The notes beneath the pieces are model-generated. The model did no database searches. It was not told the DNA's origin and saw nothing but the letters and a program-made list of their open reading frames with translations. Source: Octopus sinensis (lineage: Eukaryota). From it: a DNA stretch of 17,230 nt. Location: NCBI RefSeq assembly GCF_006345805.1, contig NW_021824935.1:1-17230 (forward strand), written 5' to 3'. Shown here one piece after another: positions 1 to 8,563 of the stretch (its first letter is position 1; each line of letters opens with the position of its first letter). The position numbers were made by a program, and so were the translations under genes.

Positions 1-100
1 AGATTTACCAATTTTAGCATCAGTCACTTAATGGTAATAATTACCCTGGATGACTATTTCTTGCTTTCATTGCCAATTTATATACACTTGTGTAAGTTTA

Positions 101-493
101 CATATACACATTCATACATATATATTACTATATATATATATATAATATAAAGAGAGAGAGAGAGAGAATTAAGAGACAGAACCTCCATAAAGTATATATA
201 TAATGTATGTATATATGTTTGCGTGTATGTATACACATATAAAATAAATATATCTACAATATATACATATATATATATATGTAGTTTGATTTGAAGACCC
301 CACTAGAATGAGGAGAAAGCGCTAATGATCTAAGTGATATGATATATATATAAAAAATGTTAATATACAAATAAATATCTGTAAATATAAACCATCCGAT
401 CTTCTGAGTACCTCATTTCTTCTATATTATATATATATATATATATCTTATATATATATAAATAAATACATACATAATATATATATATATATA

Positions 494-577
<84 letters not shown>

Positions 578-715
578 TATAAATATACGTGTGTATGTAT
601 ATATTTATATATATGTACATTTTCACAAGTCCATTAGTCATCAAATTACACCCACTTATACATACGTGCATACACACGTATGGCAGAAAGAGAGAGAGAA
701 AAGGGGGGAGACGGA
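101..715. repeat. (TA)n-dominated microsatellite field with short (GA)n tracts
   Basis: Long TA runs (e.g. about 425-570) and GA runs at about 151-167 and 688-698. These produce the spurious YIYI ORF 360..677. Confidence 0.95.
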
Positions 716-794
716 AGAAAAAGTATTTTTCTTTATTTTCCTTCTAAGATTTTAAACAGATATTGCTGTAGTATGGCAGTGGCATATAGATATC

Positions 795-1132
795 GTAACA
801 TATAATTGCCAACCAAGTGTGGCGTCCTATACGGGACAGTGCTACTGATGTTTATAGCCCCAGGAAGACATCTCTTCCAGCTGGCTAACGACACACATTC
901 TGTGTCCGATTAGTATTTGCGAGGGGAGGTCCTCACTCCCATCTCTAGCCTTACGTGATACACACAGAATCGTGTTTTGGGGTGGTTACCTGTCCTTAGC
1001 GTGTGTTAATCACAAGCTAATGATAAAAACTCATTCCACTCGCAAAATGCTATATGCTTTTTCTATGGGCTATAAACGTCAGTTGCACTGTCCTGTATAG
1101 GACACCACACTTGGTTGGCAATTATATGTTAC
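795..1132. mobile_element. MITE (non-autonomous DNA transposon) with 66-bp terminal inverted repeats
   Basis: 795-860 (GTAACATATAATTGCCAACCAAGTGTGG...TTTATAGCCC) is the reverse complement of 1067-1132 with 4 mismatches. The interior is non-coding. No unambiguous TSD. Confidence 0.85.
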
Positions 1133-1183
1133 CATTCCGTACTGCTATTGTTTATATCTCACTCAGAGATTTAATATAATATA

Positions 1184-1188
1184 TGTGT

Positions 1189-1249
<61 letters not shown>
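1184..1249. repeat. (TG)n microsatellite
   Basis: About 33 TG units with one interruption. Confidence 0.98.
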
Positions 1250-1250
<1 letters not shown>

Positions 1251-1261
1251 ATTTTCATTTT

Positions 1262-1545
1262 TTTCATTTTATCTAGTTTCAGCTCACGAGCTGTGGCCAT
1301 GCTGGGGCAGAAACAGGGGGAAGGGATAGATAGATATCGCTTTCGGATCTCTAATTACGGGGAAGGGGCTAAGTCGATCATAAACACCCCAGTGTACAGT
1401 GTACAACTGGTATTTATTTTATCACCACTGAAAGAATGTAAGGCAAAATCGACCACGGCTGAATTTGAAATCAACAAATAAAATCGGACGAAAAGCCGCA
1501 AGCATTTTTACCGGCATGTTAGCGATTTTGCCAGCTCGTTGCCTT
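1262..1545 (-). mobile_element. Degenerate tRNA-derived SINE (family B) joined to a different SINE-like 3' tail
   Basis: The reverse complement reads GGCAACGAGCTGGCAAAATCGCTAACATGCCGG...GATTTCAAATTCAGCCGTGGTCGATTTTGCCTT...GATAAAATAAATACCAG, colinear with copies at 5135, 5359 and 9698. It ends in CCCCAGCATGGCCACAGCTCGTGAGCTGAAACTAG. Confidence 0.75.
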
Positions 1546-1589
1546 CTCTTTTGTCTGTAATATGACTGGATTAAATACACCGCCACCAC

Positions 1590-1640
1590 AGTGTGTGTAA
1601 TTGTGTGTTTGTGTGAGTTGCTTGTGTTTTGATATTATAT

Positions 1641-1672
<32 letters not shown>

Positions 1673-1831
1673 ATATATATGTGTGTGTATTTATGTATGT
1701 GTATGTATGTATATGTATATAACCTAAACCAGATATATATCCAATTAAATTGTTCGCTCCAAGTATGGCGTCTCTGTTTCTCGGTGTTATTAGGAATTGG
1801 GTGTATATATGTATGTGTGTGTGTATATATA

Positions 1832-1880
<49 letters not shown>

Positions 1881-1898
1881 ATATATATATATATATAT

Positions 1899-1933
<35 letters not shown>

Positions 1934-1985
1934 ATATATACATATATATATTAATATACATATATATATGTATGTATGTATGTAT
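1590..1985. repeat. (TA)n/(TG)n/(TATG)n compound microsatellite
   Basis: Directly visible. Explains ORF 1601..1954. Confidence 0.95.
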
Positions 1986-2291
1986 AATGATGGAGAGGTA
2001 GAACAAGGAGATACTGAATGAAAACTACACAAGGCAGACTTGTTTTCCACTCAAGACAGCTGTTATTTATGAAATTAATGTAACACCAGGTTTTAGATAT
2101 CCGTTTATTGGTCGTTAGAGAGTCGCACTTCTCTATTAACGCAAAATTAATGATAAATTAATGACCCCCAAACAAACATATTTTATTTCCTATTTTCTCT
2201 TGTAATTTTGGTGATTAATAATGTTGTTAATATTCCGTTCCTACTCCCTAAATTCCTGGTCCTTTTTTTATCACCTACATTAGAGTTTTTA

Positions 2292-2299
2292 TATCATCA

Positions 2300-2340
<41 letters not shown>

Positions 2341-2348
2341 AATCATAA

Positions 2349-2389
<41 letters not shown>
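2292..2389. repeat. (ATC)n followed by (ATT)n microsatellite
   Basis: Directly visible. The (ATT)n part is the (AAT)n tail of the adjacent minus-strand LINE end. Confidence 0.95.
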
Positions 2390-2760
2390 TTGATTAACAT
2401 CTTTCAATTCTGTTTCCATTTCTTGCCGAGTGTCTTCCTGACACCTAGGGCAGAGAAACGTACTGTATACAATTGGTAGGCCATTAAAACAAACACACCA
2501 GATTATTCATTTACAAAGTCATGTGATAGAAAAAAGGGAAAGACAGAAAGAAAATGGAAAAATAAAAAATAAAAAATAAACAAAGAAAATAAAATGGAAA
2601 AAAGGAACAAATTCTCAGCGACAATGCTCTTCTCAATACGTGTGATGTCCCAGTTAAGACAACCTTTTGCACTTCCTGCTTGGATGGTAAGCCAGGGATC
2701 ACTCGTAAATAATTTTCATTTCCTTTTTTGATCATTCCCAAGTGCTCCTACAATCACAAA
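2390..2760 (-). mobile_element. 5'-truncated R4/Dong-like non-LTR retrotransposon: ORF C-terminus plus 3' UTR
   Basis: Minus-strand translation VIVGALG(frameshift)MIKKGNENYLRVIPGLPSKQEVQKVVLTGTSHVLRRALS matches the typical C-terminus of RLE-type (R4 clade) ORFs (..VIGALG..QK..LLGT..ILR..L). It is followed by a UTR ending GATGTTAATCAAAATAATAAT... Confidence 0.8.
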
Positions 2761-2804
<44 letters not shown>

Positions 2805-2828
2805 TATATTATTATTATTATTATTATT
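2761..2828. repeat. (ATT)n microsatellite, about 22 units
   Basis: Directly visible, with one interruption. Confidence 0.97.
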
Positions 2829-3289
2829 TTGAGTGAGAGAGCAGTTCATGCCATCAAAGTGACACTGGGGTAAAATATACGAAGCCCAGTATACCCATCA
2901 TGACTACCCGTCTGATAAGGGTACACCAGGCACATGCATCACAACCATATGTGCGCGACATAGTGATCTCATATCAGATTAAACAGCAGGTGGGCCCAGT
3001 TAGAATTTTCTTCAGGTCGAGTATCCCATCCCGCTCAAAAGGTCCCTGAATAAGGGTTATTTAAGGATGTTGAAAAAACCACCCATGTTTCCAGAGGTGA
3101 ATTATTCAAACCCCCAAAGAATCCCTCTCAACACATGGCTATGATGCTCCCCCACTACTTCTGCTCGTGATCAGAGATGCACATATCGTCAGCCACTAAG
3201 GGACATGCTCAACTGGTTAAGGTCAAACAACTGACAAGCAAATCTGTGGTATTGAGCAGAATATTTGCTGTAGCCCATCTTTTATACCA
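2829..3289 (-). mobile_element. About 460-bp non-coding interspersed repeat, probably a retroelement 3' segment ending in an (AAT)n tail; family uncertain
   Basis: GC-richer complex block bounded by (ATT)n on both sides. The minus strand ends ...CTGCTCTCTCACTCAAAATAATAAT like its neighbours. I recall it as a high-copy octopus repeat. No ORF recognised. Confidence 0.6.

Positions 3290-3358
<69 letters not shown>
3290..3358. repeat. (ATT)n microsatellite, about 23 units
   Basis: Directly visible. Source of the poly-Leu in ORF 3177..3500. Confidence 0.98.
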
Positions 3359-3361
<3 letters not shown>

Positions 3362-3823
3362 TAGTCTTATTTTTATCACTTGCTTTCACTGCACTACCGA
3401 GTGCAGCTCTGTGTGCCTTGGGTCTGTGCTGTGGTTTGTTGTGATGCACTTCATGTTTTATATATTTTATGATTATTGGTTCTACCTTGTTCATGGCTAG
3501 TGTTTCTAGTGTGGGGAATACTATCAAAAGCCTTTCGATAATCGATCCAGGCCATAGTTAGACCCCTTCTTTCTGCAGCTGTCTTCAGTTATAGCTTTAT
3601 TGATCAGTAGCTGATCTTTACAGCCGTATGAGCCCTGGCAGCATCCCTTTTGCTCTTCTGGAAACAAGCTGTTTTCTTCCAGGTGTTTGCTCATTCTCTG
3701 CGATGTTACTGCAGTAAAGGCCTTGTAAATTATAGAGAGACAAGTTATCGGTCGGAAATTTTGTGGGTTTGCCGTTTCAGCGGATTTGGGAATTAGGATA
3801 TTTTTCCCTTCCCTTATTATCAA
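3359..3823 (-). mobile_element. R4/Dong-like non-LTR retrotransposon fragment: N-terminal half of the RT domain fused to a short 3' end
   Basis: EGKNILIPK...PQNFRPITCLSIIYKAFT...EEQKGC..GSYGCKDQLLINKAI, then by frameshift GLTMAWIDYRKAFDSIPH and LETLAMNKVEPIIIKYIKH (to about 3453). These are canonical early RT motifs of RLE-type LINEs. About 95 bp of UTR-like sequence then runs into (AAT)n. Confidence 0.9.
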
Positions 3824-3825
3824 TA

Positions 3826-5055
3826 TTGTTGTTGTTGTTGTTGTTGTTGTTGTTTCACATGAAATGTCGCATTTTTAATTGTTATTTCAGTCATTTAAAA
3901 ACTCAATAATGTATAACTAGCATTTAATCTTTATCAACAATATTGGTACCCACAGACCTTATGAAAATAATAACAACCAAACCATGTTGAGTGGTTTTCT
4001 CGTATGAGTGCAAACTGGGTCACTCTGCCGCAGAAGCTCTACGGAATATCAAACGGCCCTATTGTAATGGTTTTGTTGCCATCAGAACTGTTCAGAGATG
4101 GTTCCAAAACTCTCGTTCAGATGATAGCCTTGAAAATAAACCAAGGGGTAGGTCAAAACCAGTTATTCGGCACGATGGATTAAATGCTTTGATCGAGCAA
4201 AGTCCGAGAACAAAGGTGCGAGAATTCTCATCAGAACTCCAAACATCTCACAAAACTGTTTTTTGGACACTTTGAAAAGTCTCGAAAACGGATAGGTTTG
4301 TTCCACATCAACTGAACGAGATTCGAAAAAACACACACCTCGAAGTGTACTCCTTACTGCTTTCTCACTGGAAAAAGACCATTTTTGCATCAAATCATCA
4401 CTTGCGACGAGAAATTGATTCTCTTTGACAAGTGCAGGAGAACAGGACAGTGATTAGATGCAGGAGAGTCACCTAGACACTACTCAAACCCACCATTGCC
4501 CCCTAAAGAGTTAGTGGTGACCGTATGGTGGTCTGCGAAGGGAGTTATTCGTTATTCATTTTTGCAACAAGGAAAAATGGTAACAGCAACATCATATTGC
4601 CAGGAAATTGATTGTATGCATGAAAACTTGAAAAAGAATCAACCCAGACGAGTGAATATAGATGGCCCAATTTTGCTCCACGACAATGCACGCCCTCACA
4701 TTCCTCAAGCTACGGTCCAAAAGTTGCAAAGCCTGAATTATGAAATTTTGCAACATCCTCCCAATTTCCCCCGATATCTCTCCTACTGAGTGAGCATCAC
4801 TTATTTAAGCATTTTGAGCTTTTCATAAGCAATAAAACATTCTTAAATGGAGAAAAGGTAATTGAAGCATTCGGATAGTTTACCACATCAAAAGATGATT
4901 TTTTAAAAAATGGAATATATAACTTAGAGAAACGTTGGATAAATGTCATAAATGGAACATGGATCATACTTTAATTAAATAAATCAGTTCTCTAACACTT
5001 CTGAAACATTTTATTGTTACCTTTCAAATATGACATTTCATGTGAAGTAACCTAA
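3826..5055 (+). mobile_element. Tc1/mariner (mariner, DD34D-type) DNA transposon, near full length, inactive
   Basis: TIR core TTCACATGAAATGTC (3854-3868) is the exact reverse complement of 5032-5046. The right end is ...AACCTAA followed by TA (5056-5057), with TA at 3824-3825 on the left. About 1.2 kb, with a decayed transposase inside. Confidence 0.93.
3961..4978 (+). pseudogene. Mariner transposase pseudogene
   Basis: ATG at 3961 with an early in-frame TGA at 3988. HTH region YECKLGHSAAEA..RTVQRWF, VPHQL (WVPHEL-like), ITCDEK (about 4397-4414), VTVWWS, LLHDNARPH (about 4673-4699), decayed HPPNFP/PDISPT (YSPDLAP-like) and terminal GSYFN*. Several stops and frameshifts. Confidence 0.93.
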
Positions 5056-5061
5056 TATTAT

Positions 5062-5064
5062 TGT

Positions 5065-5097
<33 letters not shown>

Positions 5098-5127
5098 TAC
5101 TATCATTATTATTATTATTATTATTAT
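5062..5127. repeat. (ATC)n/(ATT)n microsatellite
   Basis: Directly visible. Confidence 0.95.
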
Positions 5128-5134
5128 GAAATGA

Positions 5135-5352
5135 AGGCAGAGAGAGGCTGGCGGAATCGTTAGCACGCCGAGCAATGTGTTTAGCTGCATTTCGTCAGGC
5201 TTTCCGTTCTGGGTTCCAGTTCCGCCGAGATCGACTTTGCCTTTCATACTTTCGGGTCCCATAAAATAAGTACCAGTTGATCACAGGAGGTCGATGTAAT
5301 TGACTTATCTCCATCCCCGAAATTGCTGGCCTTGTACCAGAATTAGAAACCA
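5135..5352 (+). mobile_element. tRNA-derived SINE, family B (Deu/Nin-like central domain)
   Basis: A-box-like GCTGGCGGAATCG, B-box-like GGGTTCCAGTTCC, then GACTTTGCCTTTCATACTTTCGGGTCCCATAAAATAAGTACCAG, ending GCTGGCCTTGTACCAGAATTAGAAACCA. Confidence 0.88.
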
Positions 5353-5358
5353 AAGCGA

Positions 5359-5568
5359 GACAGTGAGCTGGTAAAATCGTTAGCGCGCCGGGCGAAATAC
5401 TTGACATTTCGTCAGTCTATACGTTCTGAGTTCAATTTCCGCTGAAGTCAACTTTGCCTTTCATACTTTCGGGGTTGATAAATAAATAACAGTGAATCAC
5501 TGGACACGATAAAATCGATAAACACCGTCCCCTTAAAATTGCTGGCCTTGTGCCTAAATTTGAAACCA
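5359..5568 (+). mobile_element. tRNA-derived SINE, family B, second tandem copy
   Basis: Colinear with 5135-5352: GAGCTGGTAAAATCGTTAGC...GAGTTCAATTTCC...CTTTGCCTTTCATACTTTCGGGGTTGATAAA...GCTGGCCTTGTGCCTAAATTTGAAACCA. Confidence 0.88.
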
Positions 5569-5939
5569 TCAGTTGTGGTAGTCGTACTTCTCTATTCAAA
5601 TGTTCTCAGTCTGGAAACAACGTGAAAAAGTAATCAATTTCTATCAACCCCTGAAAGAGCTGATAAAATCTAATTGCCGTACAAGTGTTGGATTTATTCT
5701 GTGAACCCCCTCCAGATCAGGCCCTTCCCTAACAAAAATATCTCAGTTGTGCAAATTTTATATAGTAGACATTAGTTTATTTATTTTATTTTTAATTTCG
5801 TGCTGTCGTTACCCAGCAGATCACTGCCCTGTCTACCCGGGGTATGTGCAATGTTTTTGTTTTTTTTTGCTTTGTTTTTCGCTTTTTGTGTTTTCTAATA
5901 TATTGAAACTAGTTTTCGTGATTCTGTCTGCAATACTCA

Positions 5940-6620
5940 GTGCAGCTATTTTCTGCACGCCGTGTGTATGTGCCAAATTCCCAGAGGTCTTTCTTATGCA
6001 TTATCACCAAAAAGCAGCAGCACCGAGGCCAAAAGTTCGAAATCTACAATCCTGTCACCCCAGCCCACCACCACTGCCACAACCGTTGTCACTGCAGGCA
6101 GCAGCAGCAGCAGAAGCAGCCGTTCAAGAATTTGGACCTGGAGATCTCCATTTCCAGCGACTTCGAGGGCCACCTCCCAGTGGTGTCGGGCGTCAACGAA
6201 GAGCCCTCGACTACAACAAGACGACCAAAGTTTTTTTCCCAAGGTCTGGGGTCTCCCGCCCCTAAGCCCTAGACCATAACAACAACAGCAGCAGCAGCAG
6301 CACTAATGTCGCCATGTTTTGCACTTGAGGAGCAGTAATAACATTAACATTTGCGAACGTGGCCAGAGACATTGATTAGTCCAAAGATTTGCGCAAAAAA
6401 AGAGACAGTAGATGCGACAGGTTACACAAGACCGTTCCTCTTTGTGCTTAGGGTATCTCATTGTCGAACTAAGGACCTGATCGTGGCTCGATCCATAAAC
6501 CTCTCACAGAGATTCATAAGGGTTCTGCCGTCCTCCGACAAGACACAAAAAGTCGACTTGGGTATTAGAATTCCTTGGGCAATTCCTCACATATACGAGA
6601 GATAGAATCTTGGGAAATTT
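5940..6620 (+). pseudogene. Coding-like low-complexity segment, tentatively a decayed ORF1 of the downstream L1/Tx1-type LINE
   Basis: GC-richer, with CAG/ACC repeats and three plus frames open over about 5962-6262, plus a further open stretch 6351-6605. It lies directly upstream of and co-oriented with an APE remnant. No diagnostic motif recognised. Confidence 0.4.
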
Positions 6621-6838
6621 TCAGTTTTTAATCATACAACAACCTATGACACAGTAAAGCTGAAGAAAAATTAGGATAATTTTTCTCAGTTTCTTGTGCT
6701 TTGTCCGAGGAGACAGAGTTGTAGAAGGACGCTTCTGTGAAATTTTGTGAGGTTGATGGCAAACGCTTCGCTCAAATAAGTACAACATGGATCACCTCGT
6801 TATCTTTCTCTCACTGCAACAACAAAACTGAAGACCGG

Positions 6839-7290
6839 ATGTTAGAATGTTTGTGAACTGGTGAAGGTTTGTGGAAGCAGAACCACTGACTCAATGGCCT
6901 CAAAATATTTAATTTGAGCATGGTGGCCAGCAACGGGATTGTGATTTCCAGCAAGCAGTCATCCGCACGTCTCCTTCCCGGTTGCATACAAAGTGTACAC
7001 TTCTTTACGTCACCAATATCTTGTAGGGTGGCTATATTGTTTAAGAAAGGCTTAAGTATCAAGGTATGGTTAATATTTTAGGGCCGTTGTAGCACTTCTT
7101 TAGTCCTAGGTGTGACCAAGAGTCGAGGCGGTGTTCTAAGGCTGGTGGCCGTCTATATCTTCGAGGTGGACTCGGATGAGACGGGGTGACTCCTCCGGAC
7201 TCCTGAAGAATTTCCTTTGTGCATTCTGCTCATAAGTATTTGTAGGGCAAACTGTAATGGTTTCTAAGACTCACGCTGGGATGAACCAGA
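6839..7290 (+). pseudogene. Decayed apurinic-like endonuclease (APE) domain of an L1/Tx1-type LINE ORF2
   Basis: One frame with several stops: MLECL*TGEGLWKQNH*LNGLKIFNLSMVA...FTSPISCRVAILFKKGLSIKVWLIF*GRCSTSLVLGVTKSRGGVLRLVAVY...ICRANCNGF*DSRWD. VAILF (7028), RLVAVY (7139) and the GDxN-position block occur in APE order and spacing. Confidence 0.7.
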
Positions 7291-7309
7291 AACACTGGTT
7301 TCGTATTTT

Positions 7310-7480
7310 GGGGAGGGGTAAATCGATGACATCGACCCAAGTACATGACTGGTACTTATTTTATCGACCCCAACTGGATGAAACGTAAAGTCTACCGTGG
7401 CGGAATTTGAACTCCAGATGAACAAGTAATAACCGCCAAAATATAAACTAACGTGCGTGTTAACGTCACAAGATGGGAAA
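7310..7480 (-). mobile_element. Degenerate family B SINE
   Basis: The reverse complement contains GAGTTCAAATTCCGCCACGGTAGACTTTACGTTTCATCCAGTTGGGGTCGATAAAATAAGTACCAG, matching the other B copies. Confidence 0.8.
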
Positions 7481-7589
7481 ACAGCCACAGTAAACAATTA
7501 AGTTTGTACAGCACCGACCAGAATAGTCCCAAATATGTCAAATCCTGATTTAATGATTTATTTCTTCAGAGAATTAATTATTCAAAATA

Positions 7590-7900
7590 AATCACTGGGT
7601 TTACTGTTCCGTGAATGTCCTACTTGATACAGATCCAAGCCTAAACGACTCCTCGAAGTACTTTGCGCTTCTTTTACATGTCTGCTGACCTGCTACATTC
7701 GTGTCAGTTTAGTTATGCTTGGCGACATTTTCTTTTAATTCCATTAAGAAGGTTACGCTATTTACTTTCGGTGGCTTGTGAGAAACAAATAAGCTATCCT
7801 TGACAGTTCTTTGATGTAAGGTAAAAACTTGTAAGTTCGATCCGAATTCCAAGTGAGTTGAAGCCCCGTGGTCTCACCAAGGGATCCACTTCTAAGTCTA
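7590..7900 (+). pseudogene. Possible post-RT ORF2 remnant of the same L1/Tx1-type LINE
   Basis: Frameshifted pieces WVYCSVNVLLDTDP / LRFFY / PLRRLRYLL..EKQISYP..KLVS only weakly recall the region between RT and zf-RVT. The call is supported mainly by position. Confidence 0.3.
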
Positions 7901-7974
7901 CAATAAATATGTTAACCGAACATAAGAGACGTAATTCTGTTTGCACACGCAAATACACGTGGGCATCTTCATAC

Positions 7975-7999
7975 GCACATACACACACACACACACGTA

Positions 8000-8061
<62 letters not shown>

Positions 8062-8070
8062 AAACAAACA
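7975..8070. repeat. (CA)n microsatellite
   Basis: Directly visible. Confidence 0.97.
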
Positions 8071-8094
8071 AACATGTATTCTATAATTTTTTTA

Positions 8095-8294
8095 ATCTTT
8101 TACTTGGTTCAGTCATTTGACAACGGCCATGCTAGAACAGTCTTAGTCAAAGAAACCGTACTTATTCTATCGGGCTTTTGCCGAACCAGTAAGTGGCGGG
8201 GATGTAAACACACCAACACCGGTTGTCAAGCGGGGATGGGGAGACAAACACAGACACAAATACACACACACACACACACACATGTATATATATA

Positions 8295-8295
<1 letters not shown>
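8095..8295 (-). mobile_element. 3' half of family A SINE, diverged
   Basis: Reverse complement GCTTGACAACCGGTGTTGGTGTGTTTACATCCCCGCCACTTACTGGTTCGGCAAAAG...CTAGCATGGCCGTTGTCAAATGACTGAACCAAGTAAAAG aligns with 16216-16385. Confidence 0.85.
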
Positions 8296-8334
<39 letters not shown>

Positions 8335-8364
8335 CGTGAGTGCATGTGCGGGAGTCATTATGAT

Positions 8365-8555
8365 TTGTGTTTGTGTCTCTGTATCTGACAATTGGTGTTG
8401 ATGTTTGGGACCTCGTAATTTTGCGATTCGAGAAAAGAGAGCGATAGAATAAACATCAGACTTTAGAATAAGAATTGGGGTTGATTTGATCACCCTTCAT
8501 GGTGGTACCCCAGTACGGACGCAGTTCATTGATGATTAGTAATGTGAAACTGTTG
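8365..8555 (+). mobile_element. 3' half of family A SINE, strongly diverged
   Basis: GCGATTCGAGAAAAGAGAGCGATAGAATAAAC...GGGGTTGATTTGATC...GGTGGTACCCCAGTACGGACGCAG aligns with 16254-16360. Confidence 0.65.
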
Positions 8556-8563
8556 CTTTGAAA

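Noticed and set aside
360-1954. ORFs 360..677, 1185..1481 and 1601..1954
   Set aside because: They are translations of TA/TG microsatellites and an antisense SINE. The same applies to ORFs at 7794-8493, 10448-11243, 13734, 15114-15653 and 16150-17177.
3961-4978. SETMAR/Metnase-like host gene
   Set aside because: There is no SET domain, TIRs and TA flanks are present, and there are multiple stops and frameshifts. It is a dead mariner.
6262-6315. Minus-strand signal-peptide-like MATLVLLLLLLLLWSRA
   Set aside because: The poly-Leu comes from antisense CAG/CAA repeats, and a stop follows after 17 codons.
6811-7062. Minus ORF with knuckle-like CTLCMQPGRRRADDC
   Set aside because: It lacks the His and correct spacing, and it is antisense to the better supported APE remnant.
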